In this document: piece after piece, positions 28,749 to 42,315 of the stretch
Layout of the letters: each line of letters opens with the position of its first letter
How positions within the stretch are numbered: the first letter of the stretch is position 1
From: Trichoplax adhaerens
Taxonomy: Eukaryota; Animalia; Placozoa
Direction: 5' to 3'
DNA length: 64,000 nt
Assembly (NCBI RefSeq): GCF_000150275.1
Contig: NW_002060945.1
Location: forward strand, 3,185,172 to 3,249,171
The notes under the pieces: generated by a model
What the model saw: only the letters and a program-made list of their open reading frames with translations
Databases searched by the model: none
What the model was told of the DNA's origin: nothing
Program-made: the position numbers and the translations under genes

Positions 28749-31700
28749 TTAGGCCTTAACGAAAGCTCGACGCTCATCTGAAGAAGATAATGGTGTTCGA
28801 TTGCATGTTATCTTATCCATAGTAAAAATGAATCCATCCTAATATATAAAACAAACTTATTATCTATTGATTGATTTCCTTCCATAACTGTAAGTTAAAC
28901 TATCATTCAGAATTTTAGGCATTATTGACTTACCCTGATACAACCAGGTATCTTTGACCAAAATTCTACATTTGGTATCAGTTCATATCCCCGCGCACCA
29001 CGAGATGATTGAATAATAATACCAAATATTAGATAAGCACCCAGGAGGGAAAAGAAGCTATAATCGGGAGAAAGTACGTAATTCAGGTTACTTCGACATA
29101 ATTCGAACTTAAAATATTTACTTATCGATTAACAAGATATGTTGCATTCTGAAGTATAATATAAAAGCGATAGAAAATTATCTATTATTTACTATCAGGC
29201 CGCTATTCTGAAAATTGAACTAGATTTTACAATAACCTGATCGGTAGCGTGAGATAAATTTTACGTTTATCGTTGTGATAATTAGCAATCATTGATTTAT
29301 TGGAAAGATGAATTTTATATACATTCTAAAAGGTATAAGATCATTTTTACAGGATATTTCCTTAAGACTAGGCTTAGAAATATCATCAAATCATATTCAT
29401 CTGCAATTCATTATTCTATTAAAATTTACTATGCAGTCTATTAAAGCTAAATCTATATGTGTGAATACTTACACTATTAGCAAGACAGAACCTCCGCTTA
29501 AGAGTGAGCTAGCCGGTTTAAGTGTACGACATGCGCCAGCGTAGTTAAAGATAAACTGATACTATGTCGGTTGAAAAAGATTAATTAGTAATCGAAGTTA
29601 ATTTAATTTAACAAGCCGTGTCAATGTAATAAATAACCTTGTCATATCTAATTTATGAATATCTGATTTTCAAATATTATTAATTTACCTATGGTTTAGC
29701 TACTTATTTCTAACTATGATATTTATTATATGAATTGTAGATAATAACAAATTATATGTAAAATTATAAATCACTTGCAGTCCAAGGACACTATGAGCCT
29801 GACACATTGTACATTATATCAATCTGAATTTTTGATTCATTTTATCTAAAATAGTATATATTTGCATACACTCGCTACTTGAAGCACTTTATTAACTGGG
29901 TCAACATCTTAAGTAAGTAGTTGCTTTCAACAATAAGAAGAGATAAAAAATGAGTGATAGCCATCGCGTATGCGACGCTGGAAATGTAAAATTGACTTTG
30001 AGTCGTTGTTTGCATTCCATTCCTTATGGTATGGGTTTGTTAATGCTGATATCGAATACCAGGTACAGTATTACTTTGACCCCCAGTTAAAAGAATTATA
30101 ATATGAGCGCAATTAGCATTAAAATTCAATGTGTCTAAATTTTTGATAAAATTAAAAATTCCCAGTGTAATCACATCATACTATTTATAACTCTTCATTA
30201 TTATCAGCGTTAATAGGACATATTTTTTTATAGATGCACACAATATCTACGACATAAGACATAATTAGTTGCTTCATTTAGTGATTTGGTGATTACCTTG
30301 CCTGTATCGCGATCCACGATTGCATTTATATTAGCCTCCGTAGGTACAGTGGCATATTCATTTAATTTGGCTGACCATATTGCTTTTTCTGCGCAACGAA
30401 AAATCATATTAACTGATAGAGATGGATACTGATTGCCATTATGAACAGTGGTACCATTGGAATACTGTACAGAAAACGAAGTTTGACCTAAGAAGGAAAT
30501 GAAGTAGAATATTGAAATTTTTGGACGGGATTCTTCTTCTTGTTCATAACATTATGTGAATTTAATATGATGTTGGAATACGATAAATCAGGTTATAGGT
30601 ATGGCTCTATGTTGAATCTATATACTGTATATACAGTACTCGTACTTCCTTTCTATATTATGTTAATTACAGGAGCATAGTATACGTGTACTCGTATAAG
30701 GTGGTTAAAAACAATAAGAAACATCTTCCCGTGTCGGCTTTACGAGAAATTATAGTAATCATCTTATGGTTTAATCGACAGTAATACAATATAGAGATCG
30801 TCATAGTTATTACTGATTGAGTTTTATGGCTATTTGAAAACTTGTATGATAGCTATCATATTAATAATATTATTTTTGTTTCTTTTCGTCATCGACAGGC
30901 AAGTGTTTTTTATCGAGTGTCAACTTTCACAGAGCGTAAAATTAACTTTACAAAACATAAGTTGGATACAGCGGTATTCGTTGTACTTCTACCTGTAATG
31001 TAAGCACAGTTATGTTCAATAGATGCGTCAATACATACCTCCTTGCCATGCTAGATCAGAATATTGACCCACTAATAGATTGGTGTTCTCATCTATTCCA
31101 TATTGTTGTGTCATTCCAGGTACTGGATCGCCAGGTTGGACAATCTCAGTGGATGACAAAAGGATACTTTAAATAAGCAAGTTTCAGCATTGGATTGATT
31201 GTAATAGCAAGATGTTGGAGATGTAAATGACCAAGAATGAGCTCTATGATAGTGCAATGTATATAGAAATAATTGGTTAAGTTAATACCAACAAGAATTC
31301 AGGATTTGTACGGAATTATTCATCATCATAATATGGTGCAACTATTTTTTTGGTTGTAGTATTTTATCATCTTCTTTCTAGCTTGAATCGATTGATTTTT
31401 AGCTCTGCATATCGATAAAATGCATACAGTAGTAAGGTCAAATGAACTAAGTAAAGTATGCCATGAGATAATTGAACTTTTTCTTTGAGTGTTTCGATAC
31501 GAAATCCACTTGGATCTTATTTACAGTCAACATTGACGCGTTGCTTTGCCATACAGAGTCCTGTATATAACAACTATTCTCCTGTCTTGTCTTTGTGAAC
31601 TATTATTAGCTAACGTAACCTTTTCATTTCAAGACTAGTTGTATCCAATTTTTGAGCCAGAAAAAACTTTTGACAATCAGCAGTACTATTAAATATCCAT

Positions 31701-31937
31701 GATATCATGTAAACTATCTAACTTATATATACAGTTCAAATGATGTATTGATTAATGAATTATTTTATTGATTGATGATTGTCTATCCTCATCTCTTTTT
31801 CCAACTTACTGCGTTAAATTCTTAGTATCAAAAAAGGATGTCAAACCGCATGAAGCGCCATCAGCTGGACTTAATTGCATGCTTAAACCAATAATAATTG
31901 CTAGATATTGAACTAATGCTACAGTAATAGCCATCAT
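28749..31937 (-). CDS. CD-M6PR/ATG27-like type I membrane protein (signal peptide, Cys-containing luminal domain, TM, cytosolic tail); exon 2 carries an apparent 1-nt frameshift
   Basis: Signal peptide MMAITVALVQYLAIIIGLSMQLSPADG. Spliced C-terminus FNYAGAC..LSGGSVLLIV|FFSLLGAYLIFGIIIQSSRGARGYELIPNVEFWSKIPGCIR|DGFIFT matches the M6PR/ATG27 pattern GS.LL..GARG.E.IPN.EFW...P....DG. Stop TAA at 28749-28751. Confidence 0.75.
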
Positions 31938-32200
31938 GGAGTAATATGGTATTTTCGCAGGCAATTCTAAAAGTGATGATATAGTTGTGGAAAGGCTCGA
32001 AAGCACAAAACAACGTTGCAAAGAACTGCACTGTCTACGATCGCCTACGTCCACTCGTCTAGTAGGATACCTGAGTGAAAACACTAGGTAGAGAAGAGCT
32101 GTTGCAGCAGTCAATGGTTCGCCTTGGCCGGTGGGGGGTGGGTTAAGAGAGATGACGACAAGGCCACAAGTCACAAGACTCGTGCACCCATGATGTCATT

Positions 32201-32596
32201 TGGGCATGTCTCTCTGTCCGTGCTATCCTAAGCTTTGCGTGGCAGACTCAGAGTGTACAGTGTACACTCCAAGAGTACTCTATCAGACAGACGGACTTCT
32301 CAAATGAGGCCATCAATATGGAAAAATGGCTTTTGGGCATGTCTCTCTGTCCGCACTATCCTAAGCTTTGCGTAGCAGACTCAGAGTGTACAGTGTACAC
32401 TCCAAGAGTACTCTATCAGACAGACGGACTTCTCAAATGAGGCCATCAATATGGAAAAATGGCTTTTGGGCATGTCTCTCTGTCCGCACTATCCTAAGCT
32501 TTGCGTAGCAGACTCAGAGTGTACAGTGTACACTCCAAGAGCACTCTATCAGACAGACGGACTTCTCAAATGAGGCCATCAATATGGAAAAATGGC
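32201..32596. repeat. Tandem array, 3 x 133 bp
   Basis: Unit start tgggcatgtctctctgtccg at 32201, 32334 and 32467, with only a few substitutions. Each unit contains the hairpin gagtgtaca-g-tgtacactc. Confidence 0.97.
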
Positions 32597-32872
32597 TGCT
32601 TAGTGTAGATCTTTCATGTCCCTATTTGAAATCATTAGTACTAGTTGAAATAGCGTCTACGATCTTATACAACTGTTTTCTCAAGCAGACTTTAGAAACA
32701 GATTATAGAAGATTCAATGCAATATTGCTTACTGTTCGTTAAGAAAATAACAGTCCATTTAAAATGGAATATCCGTATACAGTACTAAAGTGCTGCCATA
32801 ACCCCAGTGTTTGCCACTCTATTTTGACCCGATGAAGGCGAAAGTGTCTGTCCATCCAAGAGGAAGACTCAG
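32538..32872 (+). mobile_element. MITE-like ~340-bp dispersed element, copy A (degenerate TIRs)
   Basis: Colinear along its length with the reverse complement of 56613-56967. Ends gagcactctatcagacagacggactt and aaagtgtctgtccatccaagaggaagactcag are imperfect inverted repeats. Confidence 0.7.
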
Positions 32873-33159
32873 ATCTCAAGCACGTCTTTGGATACGGTGC
32901 ATACTTACAGTACAAGGTACTGTACTATACAGTGTATAGTACGCTGGCTGCTTTCATCAACACCACAACAAACTTTTGCGCAAATCCTCAACCTTCAAGC
33001 TGTCCGGAATCGGCTGGCCATTAACATTATTACAGTATATTATCTATTTATTTATCATTGGATTTCAATACACTCTGTATTAATTAATAAGATGCTAACC
33101 TTGCGGTCAACATTTACTCATTGCTTGCTGTAGGATTGCTATACAGCGACATCATCAAG

Positions 33160-36100
33160 ATGTCCAAAGAAATTAAAGGTTACCTTAAAGCTGCTAGAGA
33201 AGCTATCCGTCTTAGCGAATATAAAGATGTACTCAAGAATTGCAAGGTTGGATTCTACTATCTACTATAGCGATATACGTATAGGTGATAGATAGTCAGT
33301 GAAATCACTTAAAATAGCCTCGATAATGTGACTAAATCAACGAAAGGATCCATGTCCAATGCTAGTAGCTTACAATGGTTATGTAATTCTCGTCATTTTA
33401 AGTCAGATTGAGTTCCTGTTTCAGTTCCAAGCAAAACAGTAAACAGTACAATCAAGGTGTCGTAGTGCAGGACGCTAGTCTACGGTAGTATTTTGCAGCC
33501 AATGAAAATATATGCGGTACTTGACAACCATGTTTTGTACTTTGAAGGAGCCAGCAACTCATGCTGGTATCCCATACATGATAGAATGGACAGTATTTTG
33601 CAATCTTAATCCATTCTGTAGTGGTCGTAGTGACCAGACTGCTGCAAAATGACCAAATCCAACTCTCATTCGCATAATCGCCTTGGCATTGTTACTGTAT
33701 CTACAAACTCATAACAATTCTTGCTCATCGTGAGCTTGTGATAGACATAGCGGCCAACTAAAGAAATAAAAACAAATTTTATATGTCTATGATCCAACTA
33801 GAATTACATTCGTCTTACATTCTCCTGTTAGGCCGTATTAAAATTGGATAAATCCAATTATAATGCATTGGTATTTATTGGTAAAGCTGCAACTGAAATG
33901 CAACAGTTCGATCAAGCTGAAGCTGCCTATCGGCGGGCTACGCAATCTTCACCAGATTTAATGCTTGCTTGGCAGGTAATTACAATTTGGCTTTGCAACA
34001 TTATCTTACACATTCTCTTATGCATAATATAATAAGAGAGATATAAACTTCAATTGGGTAATTTCAATCACCACAATGTCACTTATTGGAAATGGAAATA
34101 TATAAATTAATTAATTCTAGGGCTTAGTTGAGTTATTTGAGAAGAACGACGAACATACAAAGAAAATTGAGCTAGTAGAAATCTACGATAAATTATTGCA
34201 GCTCATAAAAGATGGGTGAGTACACTCATGTAATCAATTCATTTGCAAGACTATGTGCCTGATTTTGAGCTTAGTTGTAGTGAAGACAATAACGTTAATG
34301 TTGTTAGGCAAGGTGATAATAATAAAATTCAAGATATTGGTATAAAGCTGGCGAAACTGTGTGAAAACGTTGGTCAAATCGACAAAGTTCGTCTATATTT
34401 TTATATATGTCTAATTAATGTCGACATTACGTCCTATAACAGTTTTCCTCACGGTTACTCTTGTTAGGCTGTTGCTACTTGGGTCATTATTGCAGAATCC
34501 TCCGATTCTCAAGACTGCAAGACTGATTCTTTAAAAGCTGTCATCTCATTAGTAGAAAACAAAGTAAGTCGAGCAAGTTTATTACTACGTGCTATATTTA
34601 TTTATCAAAGCTGTAAATCTTATCTTACAATGATGATACCCAATTTTGTAGAAACCGGCAACTGATGCAAACCGAAAGCAAGTACGTGCACCATATACCG
34701 TATAACTATCATCCCTGTGTACTAAAAAGCGAATCTAGTCTATCTTTCGGTCTTTTAATTCTTCACTTTAAATTGCTTTATAATTGATAAAAGTACCCGT
34801 TAAATTTACCATTAAAATGGTTTATTGGTATAAATGATGTTGGTAATTTCTATATTTTTTAGTTACTGAAATATTACGAAGAATATCTAAATCAAGAACT
34901 AGATGACAAAAATCGTATGATAATGTATCAAAAATACATTAATTTGCTTTGCCATGAGGTAAACGGCTTTAACTTAGCTATAGAGACAAATACAGTTATC
35001 TATTTTTCCGTAGATTTTACTATAAATGCAGTATTCTTCACATTATTATTATTATTATTATTATTGCATGCATATGGCTATAGTTAAAGATGTCGACGGT
35101 GGAGGAAGAGTTGCTGACCACTATCGAAAGTGAATGTTTGAAATTCTCTGCCAAGTTTACCAATTCGCCTTTCCCATTAGAAATTTTAGCACAACTCTAT
35201 TTACGTGATACCAATGGTATAACTATGCGTATAACTAAGAAACTTTCCGATTATATTTATCGTGATAGTTATTATATACTTAATGTATGAAATTTTATGC
35301 TTATAGAATTTGAAATAAATACCAAGTCACGCCTATTCATGGGACTGGCTCACATCCATCCTACATCAAAGTTTGCTTATTGTGGCTTAGCCAAAATACT
35401 AATGTCAATGAGAAAGTATATGAAGGCAAAACACTTATTACGTAGAGGTAGCTCTTAAATACTAGTTTACAAATTGTTATACGAGTATATAACTCTTTTT
35501 CTAATATTTGTGCGGCTAATAAATGAATTCGTAAAACTGGTTAGATTAAGATTAACAATCTGCTTCTCTAGATTTGGAAATTAAAGCTTCATTCGAAGGA
35601 TGGTATTTACTTGCTAAAGCCTACTTCCGTTTACACCAATACTCCGATATGCAAAGTGCACTTAGAAATGCCAGTGATTGTATAGAAAAGCACCTTTCTG
35701 CGTGCTGCGTTAAGGATAGTTTGAAAGTGCAATTACAGATATTAAATGCCCAGGCTTTATGGGGAATCGGTAATAAATCATCCCTGCTATCAGCAGCAGA
35801 TATTCTAGCCAGCTTATATGATCGCCTATCGCACGATATTGTATATCTCATTGAATATTCAAAAATTAAAATGGATTTAGGAGAAATTGATACAGCTACT
35901 AAAGTAGGTTCATTGTAAAAGTTTTCGTACTAAATTTTATGCCAAATTTTGATATCTTTATTTCCCTGTATTCTTTCGGTAATAACTTTTATTATTACAT
36001 TAAATCTTAGTTATGTTCGCAAGCCTCTGAGATTGATGATACTCATACTGGCGTCATAGTTAATCAAGCATGGATTCACTTCCTTATAAAAGAATTTGAT

Positions 36101-39100
36101 GAAGCCGAAAGGAAAATATTAATAGCTATTCAGGGTACTGATGATATCGAACGTCTTGGCGAATTATATTATAAATATGGCAGAATATTATGGGATAGCA
36201 AGGAAGAAAACAGAATTGACAAATCAAAATGCCTAGCTATGTTTTTAAAAGTATGTCGATTGCTAATGGTGCTATATTTCATTAAATGAACTTTTTGATA
36301 GGCTGTAATGATTATACTGATGATCTATCGTAGGCTGCAAAGATCGATCCATTCCACTCCAATACATTTCATTATCTTGGTTTATATTATAAATCGATTG
36401 CTAAAGATATACATCGTGCGCGCAAGTGCTTTGAAAAGGCTTATGACCTGGATAAGAATCATGATGAAGCAGCGATGATGTTAGCTGATACTTGCACAAT
36501 CACTGGTGACAATGAAGCCGCAGTAAAAATATACAAAAGTGTAACCGAATGGCGACCTATTCTGAGGTAAAGGATGCAATCATTTACTATTAGTGTTATA
36601 AGTATTTTGAAATATTCTTAGCTTTTGAGTATATCGTATCAAAATGTAGTTGCAAGTGGGCATGGCTTCGCTTAGGCTTATATCAAATGGACCATATGGA
36701 TATTATAGAAGCATGTATCAGCTTTCAGAATGCTATTCGCGCTGATCCTGTTGATCCTTGGAGTTGGGAATGTCTTGGTGACGCTTACAAAGAAAGGGGT
36801 AGTTATACAGCAGCTATTAAGGCATACGCACGCTGTGTGCAACTCGCTGGAGAAGAGGACACCAAAGTCATTTATCCTTTGTTTCAAGTAGCATCCATTA
36901 AGCATCTGCTGGGTTTATTGGATGAAGCCATTGCTGACTATAAAAAAATCTTAGAATTCCATGCTGACTATGTACCAGTACTAATAGGTACTGAGTAAAT
37001 ATTACGTTGCTACTATTTTATTTATAATATTTATAATACCATTAAAGTACTTAAATAACCTTACTTACTTTTACTTAGGAATTGCAAAATCACTATTCGC
37101 CAAGGCCATGGATTGTACTGGATATAACCTATTAGATCGTATGATGGTCTACGTTCAACAATCTCTAACCTACTTGGGAAAGTTAGTATCATTGTAAATG
37201 CTAGTTCCAGGTTAAGGTTAGGTTGCGAGACACTAATTTTGTTATCGCTGTCTTGATACTATCGTTAGAACTGCAAGCCTGAATACTAATTTGCTATCAT
37301 TATGGAAAGTGGCTGGCGATTGCTGCACTATAGTTTTTGTTGCAAATAAAGAATCGATTAGGTTAGTATTTTCGTCGTACCCAAGGTATCACGACTTTTG
37401 CTCTAGTACCTAGTATTTTGTTTTTAATAGGTTATCAATACCTCCGAGTATCATTCCACCAGACTTACAGTCACGTCCTTATCTTGATAAATCGCAAATT
37501 TTGAAAGCTGGCGCCAGGTAAGTATCAATAACCTAACTTTGAAAGCATATTATCGTTAAAGACTAATTGTGGTATTAACATGAAAGTCTAACTTTTAACT
37601 TTTCCTTCAATTAATATACAAGATATTATGCTGCTGCACTTCGTTTAGACCCAAATTCAGCTTCATTATGGTACGATCTTGGTGTTAATTATTTACGACA
37701 AGCTGAGGTACGAATCAATTACTATTCAAATACTCGTATACGTTGCAAAATCTTTCTTTCTTCCGGAGATATCTTCATTTCTGCTTTTACCACTAATTAG
37801 TGCTCAGATAATATTGACCGAAGAGCATTACTGAATGCTCTCGAGGTTAGCAAGATTAAAATTACTTATTATTAATAGTTATTTATAGTTAATAGCAATA
37901 TTATTGCAACCTTTTTAAGCCTCTTTAAATAACAATGTGATAAAAGTAGCATTTAAGATACCTTCAATTGCATCGATATGTTTAGAGTTTGAAAAATTCT
38001 ATACGACTAAATTCGAAAGATCCTGAATCTTGGTCTGCACTAGGGGTAACAGCTTGCAGTAAGTCATATTTTAATCTCTTTCAAACTACCCGTGTATATC
38101 ATAATATTTAATATTAAACATTTTTTAGAGCTTAATAATCCAGCTTTGGCCCAGCATGCATTTATAAAGTCGCTTTTACTCTCAACGCAAGTATGTTACA
38201 CCATGTCAATAATTATAATCGAATTATTTTTATGATCTGTTGCTCTCGTACATCACAGGTATATTTACTATAATTTTTAATCAATCTATTTGAATTACAG
38301 AATTCGTTATCCTGGACTAATTTGGGAATACTTTATCTTCAGTATGGAAATATTGAAGTAATAGCAATATGATTAATTGTATCTTGCAAGTGCTATTATA
38401 TTAGATTAGTGAAGTTTAACATTTCACCGTTGCAGCTAGCACATGAAGCTTTCAAAAGATCGCAGAGTGCAGATCCATACTATATTGAGGCATGGATCGG
38501 GCAGGTACTGTGAAATATTATTACTGGCATTATTTAATTTAATTTAACCACCACTATATCAACTAGGCTATAAGTATTGAATTACCTTTACTTTTTTCGT
38601 CATTAAAATGCTTATAATAATAGAGCAATATCGCCGAAGTATCGACGGTCGATCAAGCTATGGATTTATTCAGACATTCAATGGATCTAGGAATGCATGT
38701 AATATATTAATATTTAAAATTTCAGATATTACGTGAAATTCTCTTAATATTAAACTATACACAGATTGAAGGCTGTCTTGGGTATGCTAGCTGGGTCTGC
38801 CAGACGATAGTAACACCCGACAAAAAATTACCGAATTATTCCCAATACAGAAACCCTATAAAACAAGCCACCGACGGATTAGTTTTATATACAGGTCAGT
38901 CTTGATTCACAAGCTATCACTCACGTATACTTTTCCAGAAATTAGGATTAAAATTACTATAGTGTCATAACAGTTACAATGTTTGTTATCTAGACCGTAT
39001 ACGTAACAATCCATGCGCATATAACCTCTTGGGCATTCTATATGAACAGCAGTCATTATATTCGTCAGCAATCGAATCATACAGCAGGTAATCCAGTTAC

Positions 39101-41967
39101 AAATGTTCTAAATTCTGATACAAGAGCAATTATATAATATTATATACGGTTCTCGTTGAATATGAAGGTCACTAAAGTTGCTCAAAGATAATACAACTGA
39201 GAAAGTAATGGTCCTTAGGAACTACTGCAGAGTACTTCGCTCAGCGGGAAAATTTAAGGAATCTATCGACATCTACAATACTTTATCGGCCAAAGACCTT
39301 ACTTTTGATGATAAAACTGGACTTTCTTTAAATCTATTCTTCAGCGGTCGATTCAAAGAAAGTTACGCCGGTAACTAATTTTAAAAGTCGTAATAGCTAA
39401 AGTTACAATGTTGAAAAATAAAAGTATTTATAGTATACGTATTTTTCTTTTAAGATAATCGCTTATGTGTGATACTTTTACAATGAGATATATGTTTTAT
39501 TGTAACACTCTTTATAGTACTTGAGGAGGCAATAAAGATGAATATAACCTCTGAAGAAGCATCGCATGGTAAAGTCTTAAAAGCGATAATAGCTTATGCA
39601 GCTGGCGATGCAAAGCATGCAAAAGTTCTGCTCCTTCAGGTTTCACAAATGCAGCCAGCAAATCGACATGGGTTGTTAGCTCTTGCGTATTTGGCTATCC
39701 TATTAGGAGATGGAACTTTATTAACGGCTGTTTTAGCAGAATTGATGAAAATTAGTTTTAAGAATGAACAATTCATTAGCAGATATAGTCTTCTTTTCTC
39801 AGCATTTTATAAGTTACAAGTTAGTAGTTTTCGATATTCATAGAACTTGCTATTTTTATCTTCAATTATTATATTTTAAACTTCTATTCAAATCTAGAAC
39901 GATAACGTAAAGGCTCGAAATTTTATTTGTAAAATGATTCACGAAAAGCCTGAGTACGCTGTGCTTTGGCGGCAATTGGGTAACCACATTATCGCAAGCT
40001 CACCAGAAAAATCATCCCTTGCTTGCAAATGTGCTAGAACTTCACGCATTTTAAATATTATATCTAGCCCGGTAAGATATGCTATGTTCTATTATAAACT
40101 ATCATTTTCAAATTTATCCGTGGAATGAGTCTGCAATGCAGGAGTAAGAAGTACGTAAGTGTTTGCGGCCATATTTTCATTTAAATGTCAAAATTAAATT
40201 TTAACCCATTTAGAGTTCATTGGCTTTAGAAGCGACTGGTCTGCTAACCTGTAAAATCGGTAGCAACGATAAAACTAGATTTACTAGTAATGTTCACAAA
40301 TTGCCAATTAGAGTAGCGTCCAAGGTGGTGTTTCTTAAACCAGACAATCCCTATAATTGGGCAGTACTAGGAACTGCAATTGCTGCTCATAATCGGTATA
40401 GTGTTGCAAGTAACACAATGAAGAAGGAATATCTTAACAATTTGAATTTGAAAGTCTGGGCATTTACTAATCGAGCTGGTAATGAACTCTTTGATAAAAT
40501 TGAAACTTTACCGATTACTATCGCGCGAAGTTATAAAATATTCCTTTTCTACAAGTGTACAGTATGTTACGTTCATACCTAGTGAATATGAACTTAACAT
40601 TATGAACTCCTTATGGCACCGTACAATTGATGCTGTACTACAGTGACTACTAAAAGAAAGAGAGCATTTATCTCTTCTTTCTTTTAGTATACCTGCGTTA
40701 CTATACATAGATAAAAAAGCATGTGGAAAGATATTTAACTCAGGTCTCTACAGTGTAGATTTGTAGTAAAGTGCAAAATTCCATGTGAAGTTTGTAGAGC
40801 GGTTTGTATGCTTGTGAAAATCTCTTTGGAAAATTCACACGTTACCTATTCATACCGATGTCGATTAAGATAAGTTCTTACAAATATTTTTATTCATTTC
40901 TTAGCTGAGTTAAAGAAGCAGGTAGTCCCGAAAGAGTTGAAATATCACGTACCAAAACTACACTCTGCATGTATAGCTTCCTTGCATCGATTACAAGTTT
41001 GGCTAACCTTGGCGAAAATTCGATCGTTGGTTTTCAGTAGTAAAGTAGAAGAGGCTAAAGAATTCTACCTAAAGGTAATGTAGTTCTGATCTTTTTCAAT
41101 TATTTATTACCAGCATATACTTTCTCTTTCCGATTAACTAAGTAGCAACATTTTTTGTACAGGCGAAAAATGATTTCCCCGAGCAAGCTTCTGAAATAGA
41201 ATTCTTACTGAATAAATCCCTAATAATGACTACGAAGAAAAATTCAGCTGTAGATTTATCACCTCTCAAGTTACTTAATGTCGATATGAAGCCTCATTTC
41301 TGGAAAGTACGTAGTAAACATACGATAGTGGTAATAATACTCGCTAATCTTTGAAGCTTACGTTACTTTAAAATTCCAAGGTTACTTCATACCACATTTG
41401 TTGCATTATCCTTTATAGGAAATGGCCGAATTGTATACACATCTCGGAATGATGAAAGCAGCTGAATATTGTTACCGTCGGTATTTGAAAATGGCCGATA
41501 AAAAAACTACTCAAATAGAGGCATTATTTTGCTTAGCCCATTTAGCTCTCCGAGCTATAAACTACCAGGATCAAGAATCACATCGGTGGCTAGCTCTTGG
41601 GCAAGAGGCGATTAGTGAAATAATGAAGCAATATTCCAACAATAGTTTATCACAGTTATTTGCAAGCTTATTTAGTCACCATGATAAAAACCTAAAAAAT
41701 GCATATCGATTTAGTAAACAATTATTAGCGCAAGAAAATTGCATGTCTATCGATATTTCACGGTATTTATCGTTACTTTATTTTATAAGTAAGAAAGAAA
41801 ACGATAATATTCAACTGTCTATAAAGAATTGCGATAATAACCTGATGCTGTCCATGATTTACTATCACATGGGATTGCATTACGAGAACAAACGATACAT
41901 ATGCAATGCAATTCATATAGACCCGGCACAAGGTAAATATTGGGAAGCATTATATCAATTGAACTAA
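33160..41967 (+). CDS. SKIC3: Superkiller complex protein 3 (SKI3/TTC37), TPR protein, multi-exon
   Basis: N-terminus MSKEIKGYLKAAREAIRLSEYKDVLKNCK|AVLKLDKSNYNALVFIGKAA closely resembles TTC37. Internal signatures KWAWLRLGLYQ, FQNAIRADPVDPWSWECLGDAYKERGSYTAAIKAY, LAQHAFIKSL, SWTNLGILYL and LAHEAFKRSQSADPYYIEAWIGQ. Last exon ends at 41967. Confidence 0.95.
35042..35065. repeat. (ATT)8 microsatellite in a SKIC3 intron
   Basis: attattattattattattattatt read directly. Confidence 0.85.
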
Positions 41968-42315
41968 AAGCAAGCTTTGATATCAATGTTCGTACTAGTC
42001 AGTAATCTATGAAGTGGAAATATTTCCTAGTTTTGTCTGTAAGATAACATTCCGTATTATGCTGGATTTGGTAACATTTTCGGTTAAATTCAAATGCATC
42101 AATTGTAATTATTATTGTTAAACTGGTAAATACCATTATCTACACTGTGCATCAATTTCTTATTAAGGTGCTATTATATGGTAAATTCGAAGTAAGATCT
42201 ATTTATTTTTTATGAAATTCTTTTAAGAAATCATTTCACAGTAATTAGAATCAGTATTTATCTTTACTGAAAAACGAAAATAATTGCTAACTGTATATAA
42301 AAAAGCAACTTATGA

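Noticed and set aside
31158-31167. U12-type donor consensus GTATCCTTT on the minus strand
   Set aside because: It lies inside a likely coding exon (KVSF) and no matching U12 branch site and acceptor were found.
32826-32850. Hammerhead ribozyme-like core (ccgatga-aggc-gaaa; gagatga-gacc-gaaa in copy B)
   Set aside because: Neither copy has the CTGANGA box and no stem II or III pairing could be built.
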